Below are positions 1-9,376 of a DNA stretch of 64,000 nt, one piece after another; the first letter of the stretch is position 1; each line of letters begins with the position of its first letter. The notes beneath the pieces are model-generated. The model saw nothing but the letters and a program-made list of their open reading frames with translations, searched no databases and was not told where the DNA came from. Source of the DNA: Candidatus Latescibacterota bacterium. Lineage in GTDB: Bacteria > Latescibacterota > UBA2968 > UBA8231. The stretch spans positions 2,560,001-2,624,000 of the forward strand of contig OZ241362.1 of assembly GCA_965200315.1 (NCBI GenBank), in the 5' to 3' direction. Both the position numbers and the translations under genes were made by a program.

Positions 1-559
1 GGATCGAGCGAAAGGCCTCCGTCCAGTTGTGGTACTCGATGCTCTGAGCGGTGCGGCCATTGGTCCGCATCCCCCACGTGAGGGCGACGTTGAGTTGGAA
101 CGCCCCGCCGGGGTGTATTAGGCCCGAGTACAGATCGCCGCACATGACCCTTGGTGCCATGCACGTCAGGTACTGGCTGCGGTGCGGCGCACTCTGCCAC
201 TGCACCCATCCGAGGTAGGAGCCTCCGGCCATGCCGATCTTGCCGTCGCTCCACTCCTGCTGGCCAATCCATTCCTGCGTATCAAAACCGTCCGGGCCGT
301 GGCCGAACAGGGCGTAGTGAACGCCGTCGGAGTCCCAGCGCCCCCGCACGTCTTGGATGACGCAGGCATAGCCGTTATTGGCCAGCCGCATGGCCTTCTC
401 GATCAGGAGCGATGTGTTGTTGTCGTATGGCGTGCGCATTAGCACGGTCGGGAACCTACCCGATGCCTTCGGCAGATAGATGTCGGAAGAAAGATCAACG
501 CCGTCCCGCATCCGCGTTCGGATGTTCAAGCTCATATCGACTGCGTAGTTTGGCTGCAT
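1..559 (-). CDS. CocE/NonD family hydrolase (partial, runs off window start)
   Basis: Not in the ORF track. Manual translation from ATG at 559: MQPNYAVDMSLNIRTRMRDGVDLSSDIYLP...PTVLMRTPY...QDVRGRWDSDG...DGFDTQEWI...WSDGKIGMAGGSYLG. These are the CocE motifs RTPY, QDVRG and the GxSYxG nucleophile. Confidence 0.9.
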   Translation of the reverse strand, partial: MQPNYAVDMSLNIRTRMRDGVDLSSDIYLPKASGRFPTVLMRTPYDNNTSLLIEKAMRLANNGYACVIQDVRGRWDSDGVHYALFGHGPDGFDTQEWIGQQEWSDGKIGMAGGSYLGWVQWQSAPHRSQYLTCMAPRVMCGDLYSGLIHPGGAFQLNVALTWGMRTNGRTAQSIEYHNWTEAFRSI

Positions 560-592
560 AGTTGGCCTCGGTGGGTTGCAGAGTAGCCGCGC

Positions 593-886
593 CTACTGGT
601 TGCGAATCGCCTCGATTTTGCCGTCGCGCTCGGCAAAGAGCTCGTTGCGGACTTTGCTCATTTGCTCCTGTACTTGGCGGCGCGCTTCGCCGAGGGCCTG
701 CGGGTCTGCGCCAGTAGCTTGCTCTAGCTGCCCCTTGAGCGCGATCTCTTGCTCGGCCCACTTGGCCTCGTACTGCTTGCGCACTTGGTCTATGGCCTCT
801 TTCTGCTCGTCTGTCAGCTTGATACCCTCTGCGCCCCCGACTGCCTCGTTGGCCTTTTCCATGGCCAACTCAAGTGCCGATTTCAT
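593..886 (-). CDS. Small helical hypothetical protein
   Basis: 97 aa charged coiled-coil-like ORF (MKSALELAMEK...) with a CAGGAG SD upstream; co-oriented with the CocE gene. Confidence 0.75.
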   Translation of the reverse strand: MKSALELAMEKANEAVGGAEGIKLTDEQKEAIDQVRKQYEAKWAEQEIALKGQLEQATGADPQALGEARRQVQEQMSKVRNELFAERDGKIEAIRNQ

Positions 887-902
887 GGCAAACTCTCCTG
901 TG

Positions 903-931
903 TTGACATCTCCCGACTACGGCCTTAACAT
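903..931 (+). promoter_or_regulatory. Sigma70-type promoter for the YtoQ-family gene
   Basis: TTGACA (903-908), 17-bp spacer, TAACAT (926-931). Confidence 0.5.
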
Positions 932-1041
932 CGCAAAAAAGATAGAGGCTGGCCGCAATCGCGACAAATTGCGTCGTCCGCCCTCTACCACCGAGCAGGC
1001 AGCGACCTGCCGCTCCAACTCACCACGCCCAAAGGAACCTT

Positions 1042-1485
1042 ATGTCCAAACAGTGGAAGGTCTATCTAGCCGGCGAGATTCACAGCGACTGGCGCGAGCG
1101 CATCGCCCAAGCGGCCAGCGACCTGCCGGTCGAGTTCACCGCTCCGGTCACCGATCACGCGGCCAGCGACAACTGCGGAGTCGACATGCTCGGGCCGGAG
1201 GAAAGCAGCTTTTGGAAGGATCACAAAGGCGCGCAGATCAACGCCATCCGCACCCGCACCCAAATCCGCGACGCCGATTTGGTGGTGGTGCGCTTCGGCG
1301 ATCAGTACCGCCAGTGGAACGCGGCTTTTGACGCGGGGTTTGCCGCCGCCTGCAACAAGCCGCTAATCATCCTCCACCCATCCGAGTTGCAACACGCGCT
1401 CAAGGAAGTGGATGCGGCCGCGCTCGCCGTGGCCGATGCGCCCGAACAGGTCGCGGCCATCCTGCGCTATGTCATCGAAAAGTAA
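1042..1485 (+). CDS. YtoQ family protein (nucleoside 2-deoxyribosyltransferase-like)
   Basis: VYLAGEIHSDWRE, AINAIRT-like segment, VVVRFGDQYRQWNAAFDAG and HALKEVD motifs. Confidence 0.9.
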   Translation: MSKQWKVYLAGEIHSDWRERIAQAASDLPVEFTAPVTDHAASDNCGVDMLGPEESSFWKDHKGAQINAIRTRTQIRDADLVVVRFGDQYRQWNAAFDAGFAAACNKPLIILHPSELQHALKEVDAAALAVADAPEQVAAILRYVIEK

Positions 1486-1491
1486 AACAGC

Positions 1492-4041
1492 TCAGCGCAG
1501 CAAAATCATCTTGCGCTGTGCGCGGTAGGAATCGGCTTTGAGCACATAGAAATAGAGACCGCTGCGGTAGCCAGACGCATCCCATTCCACCTCGTGCCGT
1601 CCCGGCGTCATCCGCCTCTCCACCAGCCGCTCAACCTCCTGCCCCAAGACGTTGTACACCGTCAATTGCACTAAGCTGGCAACGGGCAAATCGAAGCGGA
1701 TTTTGGTCGTCGGGTTGAACGGGTTGGGCGCGTTTGGATGCAAGGCGTAGTGCTCGGGACGCGGCTGCGCTCCCTTTTGTGCTTCGACGCGCTGGTCAGA
1801 GCCCAATTCCAGCGTCCCCTCGCCCGCTAGCTCCAACACGAGCAGATCGCCTTCGATGGCCGTGCCCCACCACTCGCCGCCGAGGAAACGAGCCGCGGTC
1901 CACTCGTTTCCCGAATGGGGTATTTTTAACTGATAGCCCGCATCGGGGCCGCGCACAAAACCCGCATAGTCATCTCGATCCAAGCTCACGTCTATCACTT
2001 CGCTGGCGTGGAAAACGGTCTCGCCGTCGGCCAAAAGATAGGTTGCGTCTTGCGCTACAAAACGGGTGAGTTGACCATCGACATAGCGGACGTAGCCGAA
2101 GCGGGCATCGCTGACCAAGCTCGCATCCGGCCCAGATACAGCGGCCTTGGATGCCTTGCCGTTGCGGAGCCAAGCCAAATCCCGTACCCCGGTCAGCGCC
2201 ACTAAGGCCGCCTCAGCTCCTTGCGCGGATGCAGTCTCAAACGCCGGCCTAGCATCCCTAAGCGCCCGCGGATACAGTACTGCCAAGTAGCGCCCATCGA
2301 CGCCCTCTTGCTGCACCCGCAACACCGCGTGGGTCCGCTCTTGGCGATAGTCAAAGGAGTGAATCGCCTCGCTCTCAAGCGCGGCCCGGCCGGGTTGGTC
2401 GGGCAAAAACGCCAGCAACTCGGCCTGATCCCGCGTCCAACGCGCCAAGTTGCCCACACGGGCATATGTGCCCCCACTAGTGCCGCCGCCGTTGCCGTGC
2501 AGCCGCCACTCGTAGGCGTGGCGACGGCCCGGGGCGTCGATTTCGTCGGCCACCATGAAGTACTTGTGGTCGGCAAAAAAGACCCGCCGCCTCAGCTCGA
2601 CGCCCCGGTAGGCGGCGCGGACTTCCGAGTAGTCGCCAGCGGTACTCGTGAAGAATGCCTCGATAAAAGCGTCGTTGCGGTCGCCGATGGTCCCCACCAA
2701 GGGCACAATTCGGCGCGGCGGACCCTTGCCATCAACCAGCACCACGTTGTGATTGCGGCCTTTGTTGACCTTGTCGTGGTTGTCAAAATTGATGTAACCC
2801 GCATCTAAGGCCAGCATCTCGCCGGCGGCGTACAGCACAAAGCTAGTCTCGTCGGGATGCTCGTGCGCGAACCCATGCTCGCGTACCGCGCCGTTTTCGC
2901 CGCGCAAGAGCATGTAGGTGGCTGCGGCCGACCAGTCGCTGCGGAAGACGGCGTCCCCAGCTCCCGGCATAAAAACCGACGGACCGTGCGTCGGCTCTTG
3001 CGCGGACACGCTGTCGTCGTACAGGGCGATGGCGTCCATCTCGGAAAACTCGCGCACGTACAGGCCGCGTTCGTTGTTTTCCCAATCCCAGCGGTGGACC
3101 CCGCCGTTGGCTTGCGCGGCCGCTAGGTAATGCCCGTAGAAATCGTCTAAGTGGCTGTCGTCGATGTTCGGCCGGCGGCCATTGGGCAGCCGCAGGTTCA
3201 GGGACCACTCGTGCATCTTCTCGATCTTGGAATCGGCAAACAGGTCCAAGCCGATGCGGTTCTTGAGCGCGAACAAATAGGGCAAATAGACATCCGCGGC
3301 GTAGCGGCTGTAAAACGGCCCCTCCGCGTACCCTCCGTCCCTTTCTTCAATCTGGAAGTCGAGGCTGCTGGTGACCATCTCCAAGGCGCGGTCAGCCCAT
3401 TCCTGCGGCGTACCCTCGCCGCTGGTGTACTCGCTCAAGGCCAGAGCCGCCAGCCCGAGGCCGCCGTACGCACGGATGTGCCAGTTGTCGAGATGCGGAG
3501 TCTCGTGCAAGCGAATTTTGACCTTGAACGGCCCAAGCCCCACCTTGCCAATCACGATGCCCTTCCACAGGCGGTCGGCTTCCTCGCCGAGGATCGACCG
3601 CATTGCTTGCAGGGCCTGGGGGTCGTTGGCCGCAGCATAGGGGTGCAAGATGTCGTACGCCACGGCGTACTGGGCCACGACCTCGCCTTCGTTGTGCGGC
3701 TCGCCCAAATCACCTCCTCGCGGCGGGAACGCCACCCCCTGCATCACCTCCAACGCACGCTCGGCAAACGCGGCATCGTCGGTCATCAGCCAAGCGAAGG
3801 CGAGGGACTTGGCGTAGCGGACCTCGGCGCGTTCGTCGGCAAAGGCCGCCGGGGCGTTCCGCGCCCGCTGCAACACAATCTGCCACCACGTGGCATACGG
3901 CTCGCGCTGGACGCGCTCTTTGAGCAGGGGAATATCTTCGGCAGAAAAAAGCAGGCCCGGATGCACTTCGGCGGATAGCGTCTGCGCGGCAGCACCCACA
4001 GGCGCGAGGGCCAAGGCAGCGCAAAAGGCCAAGGCGAGCAT
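1492..4041 (-). CDS. Secreted heparinase II/III-family polysaccharide lyase with T9SS type A/FlgD-like C-terminal domain
   Basis: Signal peptide MLALAFCAALALAPVGAAA|Q; DGGYAEGPFY, HEHPDETSF, LDAGY and HNVVLVDG motifs; tail HPNAPNPFNPTTKIRF...SGLYFYVL...RKMILLR. Start moved to ATG 4041 (AGAGG SD). Confidence 0.85.
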   Translation of the reverse strand: MLALAFCAALALAPVGAAAQTLSAEVHPGLLFSAEDIPLLKERVQREPYATWWQIVLQRARNAPAAFADERAEVRYAKSLAFAWLMTDDAAFAERALEVMQGVAFPPRGGDLGEPHNEGEVVAQYAVAYDILHPYAAANDPQALQAMRSILGEEADRLWKGIVIGKVGLGPFKVKIRLHETPHLDNWHIRAYGGLGLAALALSEYTSGEGTPQEWADRALEMVTSSLDFQIEERDGGYAEGPFYSRYAADVYLPYLFALKNRIGLDLFADSKIEKMHEWSLNLRLPNGRRPNIDDSHLDDFYGHYLAAAQANGGVHRWDWENNERGLYVREFSEMDAIALYDDSVSAQEPTHGPSVFMPGAGDAVFRSDWSAAATYMLLRGENGAVREHGFAHEHPDETSFVLYAAGEMLALDAGYINFDNHDKVNKGRNHNVVLVDGKGPPRRIVPLVGTIGDRNDAFIEAFFTSTAGDYSEVRAAYRGVELRRRVFFADHKYFMVADEIDAPGRRHAYEWRLHGNGGGTSGGTYARVGNLARWTRDQAELLAFLPDQPGRAALESEAIHSFDYRQERTHAVLRVQQEGVDGRYLAVLYPRALRDARPAFETASAQGAEAALVALTGVRDLAWLRNGKASKAAVSGPDASLVSDARFGYVRYVDGQLTRFVAQDATYLLADGETVFHASEVIDVSLDRDDYAGFVRGPDAGYQLKIPHSGNEWTAARFLGGEWWGTAIEGDLLVLELAGEGTLELGSDQRVEAQKGAQPRPEHYALHPNAPNPFNPTTKIRFDLPVASLVQLTVYNVLGQEVERLVERRMTPGRHEVEWDASGYRSGLYFYVLKADSYRAQRKMILLR

Positions 4042-4048
4042 ACATCCT

Positions 4049-4681
4049 CTAAAAGACGCGGCGCAGATCAAAGCCCCACAGCAGGCCCAAGGTGACGTAG
4101 CCCTTGCCGACTAAAACCTTGAAACCGCCGACGGTCCGGCCTGGCGCATCGAAAAACATCCCCAAGGTGCCATACGCCGTCGCTGGGCTTAGGTGGCGGT
4201 AGCCCGCCCCGGCAAACAGCTTGCCCGGCCGTCCGGTAATCCACACTTCGTCGAGGACAATATAGGCCAGATCCGCACTGAGCGAGCGCAGCCAATCCGT
4301 GCCGCCCGAGCAGCGGTAGTCCGCCACGCGGTATCCAGTCCGCGTATCGAAGCAGTAGGTACGGGTGGGATAGGGGCGGAAGTAACGAGGGTCGCGGTCG
4401 TCGCCTTCGTGAAAGCTCACATCGAGCACATTGGCCGAACAGATGAGGCGCAAGCGGTTGAATACCGCCCTAAACCCCAAGGGAACGCGCACGCCCGCGC
4501 CGCGATGATCCAAGTTGATGAAACCCAAACCTACCGCAGCATAGTACCCGTCGTGCTGCCGCTTGGGCACCTCTTCGGGCACGGCATCTTGGATGCGCAC
4601 GGCCTCGGCCCCACTCGCCAACAGCAAGCCGATCCAGACAAGGTGTATGTATGTGCATTGTATCACCTGTTTGTCCTCCAC
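4049..4681 (-). CDS. Hypothetical exported protein (beta-strand rich, ends in Phe)
   Basis: Signal-peptide-like LVWIGLLLASGAEA and amphipathic strands; ends 7 bp before the lyase start. Confidence 0.65.
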   Translation of the reverse strand: MEDKQVIQCTYIHLVWIGLLLASGAEAVRIQDAVPEEVPKRQHDGYYAAVGLGFINLDHRGAGVRVPLGFRAVFNRLRLICSANVLDVSFHEGDDRDPRYFRPYPTRTYCFDTRTGYRVADYRCSGGTDWLRSLSADLAYIVLDEVWITGRPGKLFAGAGYRHLSPATAYGTLGMFFDAPGRTVGGFKVLVGKGYVTLGLLWGFDLRRVF

Positions 4682-4911
4682 CTATACAATCTATACGTCG
4701 CGGCAAAAATGCCAATGGCCCTGTGGGGTCAGCACCGTACGGACGAGGTGGTGTAGGTGCTCACTGGGCTATCTCGGCGAATCGGCGCAGGGATTTATCA
4801 CCCGCCAGCAACCCCTCGGCCTCCCGCTCCACCGCCAAAGAATCTCGTCTAGCGTCCGCAGCGGCTGCGGCTTTCCTTGCCCACTCTACCGCGCCCCGTA
4901 TTTTACCCTAC

Positions 4912-5748
4912 ATGATCCGCAAGATACAGTCCACCGCCATCGTCTTGCTCCTAACGACTAATGCCAGTTGTCTGGCCCCGTCTGACGAAGGCGCTGAATC
5001 TGCTGCTCTCCAGCCGCAACAGCCCTCTGAAATCCCGACGTATTCCTACCGAGTCGTCCACTCCTTCCCTCACGACCCAGACGCCTTCACCCAAGGGCTA
5101 CTCTACCACGACGGCTTTCTCTACGAAAGCACCGGCCAGCACGGCCAGTCGTCCCTGCGCAAGGTCGAGCTCGAAACAGGAGCTGTCGTGCAGCTCCACC
5201 AGCTAGACGACAGCTTCTTCGCCGAGGGACTCGCCCTCTTCGGCAATCGCCTGCTCCAGCTAACTTGGCGATCTAACAAGGGCTTTGCCTATCGTCTCGA
5301 TTCGTTTGAGCCGCTAGCGGAGTTCACCTATCCCACCGAGGGCTGGGGGCTGACGTACGACGGCGAACTACTCGTTATGAGCGATGGCAGCGCGACCCTG
5401 TACTTCCGCGACCCATTTACCTTCGCCGAGGTAAGCCGAGTCGCCGTGGTGGCCCAAGGCCGCCCCGTATCTCAACTCAACGAACTCGAGTGGGTCGCCG
5501 GCGAGATCTTTGCCAATATCTGGCAGAACGACACCATCGCCCGCATCGACCCGGCGACCGGCCAAGTCGCGGGGTGGATTGACCTCGCCGGGCTGTTGAG
5601 CGATCAAGACCGCCGTAGCTCTAACGCCGAGGTGCTCAACGGCATTGCCTACGACCCCGAGAGCGAGCGACTCTTCGTCACCGGCAAGTGGTGGCCCAAG
5701 CTCTACCAAATCGAACTCATATCCCCTTCACCGAGAGGTACCCCATGA
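4912..5748 (+). CDS. Glutaminyl-peptide cyclotransferase (type I, beta-propeller), probable lipoprotein
   Basis: PHDPDAFTQGL, YESTG, FAEGL, QLTW, EGWGLT, MSDGS, LNELE, VLNGIAYD and VTGKWWP motifs; lipobox-like NASC. Confidence 0.93.
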   Translation: MIRKIQSTAIVLLLTTNASCLAPSDEGAESAALQPQQPSEIPTYSYRVVHSFPHDPDAFTQGLLYHDGFLYESTGQHGQSSLRKVELETGAVVQLHQLDDSFFAEGLALFGNRLLQLTWRSNKGFAYRLDSFEPLAEFTYPTEGWGLTYDGELLVMSDGSATLYFRDPFTFAEVSRVAVVAQGRPVSQLNELEWVAGEIFANIWQNDTIARIDPATGQVAGWIDLAGLLSDQDRRSSNAEVLNGIAYDPESERLFVTGKWWPKLYQIELISPSPRGTP

Positions 5749-6260
5749 CCCAAGACCGCGTCCCCGTGTGCATCGCCGTGCTCACGGTCTCCGACACCCG
5801 CGACGAAGCAACCGACAAGTCCGGCAAGCTGCTGGCCGAACGCCTCGAAGCGGCTGGCCACATCCTGCACGAAAAGCAAATCCTGCCCGACGACATCTAT
5901 CAGCTCCGCGCCCAAGTCTCGCAGTGGATTGCCGAGCCTCGCGTCCAAGCCATCGTCACCACCGGCGGCACCGGCCTCACGGGCCGCGACGGTACGCCCG
6001 AGGCTGTCAGCGTGCTCTTCGACAAGGAAATCGAGGGCTTTGGCGAGGTCTTCCGCGTACTCTCCTACGAGGAGATCGGCACTGCAACCCTGCAATCGCG
6101 CTGCGTGGCCGGCGTCGCCAACAGCACCTACATCTTCTGCCTGCCTGGCTCCTCCGGGGCTTGCGCCACCGGCTGGGACAAGCTCATCGGGCCGCAGCTA
6201 GATTCTACCAACCAGCCCTGTAACCTCGTCGATCTGATGCCGAGATTGTCCGAAATTTGA
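5745..6260 (+). CDS. moaB: Molybdenum cofactor biosynthesis protein B
   Basis: VLTVSDTR, DKSG, TTGGTGLTGRDGTPEA, GFGE and LPGS motifs; ATGA overlap with the upstream gene. Confidence 0.93.
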   Translation: MTQDRVPVCIAVLTVSDTRDEATDKSGKLLAERLEAAGHILHEKQILPDDIYQLRAQVSQWIAEPRVQAIVTTGGTGLTGRDGTPEAVSVLFDKEIEGFGEVFRVLSYEEIGTATLQSRCVAGVANSTYIFCLPGSSGACATGWDKLIGPQLDSTNQPCNLVDLMPRLSEI

Positions 6261-6282
6261 CGAGAGGAACTACGCGCCTAGC

Positions 6283-8133
6283 TCAAGCCAATAAGTTCTT
6301 TAGGAATTGCCCGGTGTACGACTCGCTCACTTCGGCGAGCTCCTCCGGCGTCCCCTGCCCGACGATCTGGCCGCCGTTGTGCCCGCCCTCGGGACCTAAG
6401 TCGATGATGTAGTCCGCAGTCTTGATCACATCCAAATGGTGCTCAATGACCAAGACCGTATGACCGGCCTCGACTAGGCGGTTGAGGCTGTCGAGCAGGT
6501 GCTGAATGTCGGCCAAATGCAGCCCAGTGGTAGGCTCGTCGAGCAGATAGAGGTTGCTTTTGCCGCGCTTGAGCTTGCCCAGTTCGTCGGCCAGCTTGAC
6601 GCGCTGGGCCTCGCCGCCGGAGAGGGTCCCCGCCCGGCGCGTGAGGCTGAGATAATCCAAGCCAATGCCCATGATGAGGTCCAGCCGCAACGCGAGCTCG
6701 CGCACGATCTGCTCGCCGGCCTGCTTCCTTTGCGCGGGCATGGGAACGCCCTTGAGAAAATCGCGCAACTCTTGCAGGTGCATCTCGCACAGGTCGTGGA
6801 TGGTGCGGCCAGCCACGGTGACGAGCATGCGCGAGGCTTTGAGCCGAGTGCCGCCACAATCCGGGCAGTCGTACTCGACCATGACCTTGCGCAGATAGTC
6901 CTCCATCCCCGAATACGCTACCCCTTGGCGGCGGTAGCGGCGATAGCGGCGATCGATTTGGTTGATGATCCCATCAAAAGAGACCTTGCGCCCCTTGTAG
7001 CGACGGCCCTCGGTCGCGCCCGGCGGCAGGACAATAGTAAAGCGCTCGCCTTTGGTGCCGTGGAATAGCACGTCCCCGATGCGGTCGGACAGCTCGGCAA
7101 AGGGCGCGTCCAAGTCGAAGCCGTAGTGCTGGGCCAAGCTATAGAAGATGCGGCCGCCCCACCCATTGCGGTCGTAGTTGAATGCCTCGCGCACAAAGGC
7201 ACCGTCGATGATGCTCCGGCTCTTGTCGGGCACCAGCAGATCGGGATGGACCTGTAGATAGGTGCCCAAGCCCGAACAGGTGACGCAGGCGGAGAGCGGC
7301 TCGTTGAAGGTGAAGTAGCCTTGAGTCAGCTCGGCCATGCTGAGGCGGTGCCCCGGGCAGCCGAAGCCTTCGTAGAAGGCCGCGACCTCTTGTTCGGAAG
7401 CGATTTCAGGGTTTAGCAAGTGGAAGCTGAGAAAGCTTTCGCCCACCACTAGGCCGTGCTCAATGGAAGCGAGGAGTTGCTTTTGCAGGTCGCCGCGGAT
7501 GACGAAGCGGTCAATGACGGCCTCGATGTGGAAATCCTCGTTCTCGTCGAGCTCGATCTCCTCGCTCAAATCGCATAGCTCGCCATCGATGCGCACTCGC
7601 CGATACCCCTTGGTGCGAATGTCGTCAAACAGAAAAGCGTAGTCCTCGCCGTAGATCTTAAACACCGGCGCACGGATTTCTACCTCGGCCCCGTCCGGCA
7701 GAGACAGCAAGTGCTCGGCCATCTGGTAGGGTGTGCGGTAGGCGATGGGGCGGCGGCAATAGGGGCAGTGGGCTTGGCCTATTGTGGAGAAGAGCATCCG
7801 CAGGTATTCGTACAAGTCGGTCATGGTGCCGACGGTCGAGCGCGGGTTGTTGAAGATGGTCTTCTGCTCAATGGAAATGACCGGCGAAAGCCCGGTGACA
7901 AAATCGACATCCGGCTTCTTCATCTGCTCGACAAAGTGCTTAGCATAAGTGGACATGGACTCCATGAAGCACCGCTGGCCCTCGGCGTACACCGTGTCAA
8001 AGGCCAGCGAGGATTTGCCCGAGCCGCTGATGCCGGTGATGACGACCAGTTTATCGCGCGGAATGCTGACGTCGATGTTTTGCAGGTTGTTTTCGCGTGC
8101 GCCCTTGATGGCGATCGAATCTCGTATAGCCAT
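6283..8133 (-). CDS. uvrA: UvrA-family ABC ATPase, shortened (616 aa, single composite NBD)
   Basis: [28 protein letters not shown], zinc fingers (CPYC, CVTC, CPDC). Only one [19 protein letters not shown] set and no second Walker A. Confidence 0.85.
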   Translation of the reverse strand: MAIRDSIAIKGARENNLQNIDVSIPRDKLVVITGISGSGKSSLAFDTVYAEGQRCFMESMSTYAKHFVEQMKKPDVDFVTGLSPVISIEQKTIFNNPRSTVGTMTDLYEYLRMLFSTIGQAHCPYCRRPIAYRTPYQMAEHLLSLPDGAEVEIRAPVFKIYGEDYAFLFDDIRTKGYRRVRIDGELCDLSEEIELDENEDFHIEAVIDRFVIRGDLQKQLLASIEHGLVVGESFLSFHLLNPEIASEQEVAAFYEGFGCPGHRLSMAELTQGYFTFNEPLSACVTCSGLGTYLQVHPDLLVPDKSRSIIDGAFVREAFNYDRNGWGGRIFYSLAQHYGFDLDAPFAELSDRIGDVLFHGTKGERFTIVLPPGATEGRRYKGRKVSFDGIINQIDRRYRRYRRQGVAYSGMEDYLRKVMVEYDCPDCGGTRLKASRMLVTVAGRTIHDLCEMHLQELRDFLKGVPMPAQRKQAGEQIVRELALRLDLIMGIGLDYLSLTRRAGTLSGGEAQRVKLADELGKLKRGKSNLYLLDEPTTGLHLADIQHLLDSLNRLVEAGHTVLVIEHHLDVIKTADYIIDLGPEGGHNGGQIVGQGTPEELAEVSESYTGQFLKNLLA

Positions 8134-8149
8134 AGTGTGTCCTGTTGTG

Positions 8150-8755
8150 CTAGTGCAGCCCCCAATCGGCCCCATCGTCGTAGTAATAAGCCGCTTCCTG
8201 TAGCTCTGTGCGGCTCTTTTCGGTGAGGCGCAGCGGTGCTGACATCTTTTGCAGCAGGCCCTTTTCAACCAGCCACTCGCAGGCAAAGTCCGCACCTTCC
8301 ATCTTGAAATGCTCCTCTATTTCCGACACCGTGCGCATAGCCTCGGCCTCCTCCAAATAGTCGAGTAGAGGCCGGAACAGGTCCCAGAGGTGGTCGTCGA
8401 GGTAGGTCTCTACGCGCTGGAGGGCGGCCTTGAGGGTGCGGGCGTTTTTGGGAGCGGCGATGAGATCCGTGTAGATGGCGTTGAAGAACTCAGGGTTGAA
8501 GGCGAGGGCTTGGTGAATGACCTCGCGGCCGGGGGCTTGGCCGTTGAGGATGCACTCGACGCTGGCGAGTTGATCGGCCACGTTGAGCAGCCACAGGAAG
8601 CTGTAGTTGTAGTCCTTCTTCACCTGGTACCACTTCTGGGCTTTGGCCAAGGTGGCCAACAGCGGCAGGGCGCGCCGCAGCAACTGGTAGTCGCGGTCGC
8701 GCGCGCCGATGCGCTCGGCGTCTTGGTACCACGCGGCAATGGATTCGGCACAGGG
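8150..8755 (-). pseudogene. 5'-truncated gene, C-terminal part of a YgxA-like nucleotidyltransferase-type protein
   Basis: Protein-like frame (ESIAAWYQD...LAKAQKW...PGREVIHQAL...ACEWLVEKG...EAAYYY) has no plausible start; the upstream sequence is the antisense of an unrelated fragment. Family call is tentative. Confidence 0.55.
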
Positions 8756-8780
8756 TAGCTCCCTGAAGCCCGGCGAATAG

Positions 8781-9020
8781 GCAGAAGTAGAGCGGGAAAG
8801 CGACAACATCGACATCCTGATCCGCGACCACCCTTCCGCGGTGGTAATCGAGAACAAGATCTGGGCCGAGGATCAACCCGAGCAACTGCGGAGATACGCT
8901 AAAAAACTGAAGGGGCAAGGTTATACGCCTCATCTGTTGTACCTGACGCTTCATGGCCACTCCCCCTCCGAAGATAGCGCAGGTGGTCTCAAGTACAAAT
9001 GTATTTCCTACAAGGAGGAA
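8781..9020 (+). pseudogene. PD-(D/E)XK nuclease internal fragment
   Basis: Frame reads AEVERESDNIDILIRDHPSAVVIENKIWAEDQPEQLRRY...LLYLTLHG...ISY (ID...IENK...QL.RY core); both ends missing. Confidence 0.75.
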
Positions 9021-9039
9021 TCTGAAATACCCGACTCGC

Positions 9040-9147
9040 GGCAGGTAAAGGCCCACTCGTCTTCAAAGACTCCGACTGCATCGGCAAAGTCGATTCCGTG
9101 TTTTCGTAGATTGGATTGGCTTTGGCGGCATCCCATTGATAACCCAT
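9040..9147 (-). pseudogene. BrnT-family toxin remnant (frameshifted, truncated)
   Basis: MGYQWDAAKA, then a 1-nt frameshift, then QSNLRKHGIDFADAVGVFED (WD..K...N..KHGIDF motif). Operator-like TGTACA...TGCACA upstream; no BrnA. Confidence 0.8.
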
Positions 9148-9233
9148 CTTTATATGTACATAATGATGCACAATCAAGATGTTTACCCTGCAACCTTTGA
9201 GCCGTAAGCCCCCTGCTTCCGGCTCGGCGGCGC

Positions 9234-9254
9234 TAGCGCCTGTTGCGCTGCCGC
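9234..9254 (+). repeat. Left copy of a 21-bp imperfect direct repeat flanking the AAA-nuclease pair
   Basis: tagcgcctgttgcgctgccgc versus tagcacctgttgcactgccgc at 12578-12598 (2 mismatches). Confidence 0.7.
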
Positions 9255-9376
9255 TGAGCATCAACGAAGCGCATCGCATTTCTTTGCATAGGTTTCCCCT
9301 GTCGCCTATCTTGTCGGCTATAGGTCCCCTACTTCCCCGACACTCTATCCGTTGGCCGGGCTGTGGAGTAAAACCC

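Noticed and set aside
576-1331. Long alternative ORFs (also 3151-3978, 18660-19433, 26779-27735, 61868-62659)
   Set aside because: Antisense or off-frame shadows of well-supported genes in GC-rich DNA, with no family motifs.
8751-9190. cagggtag / ttaccctg as ends of an IS-like element around the gene fragments
   Set aside because: Only a 7/8-bp match with no target duplication; expected by chance.
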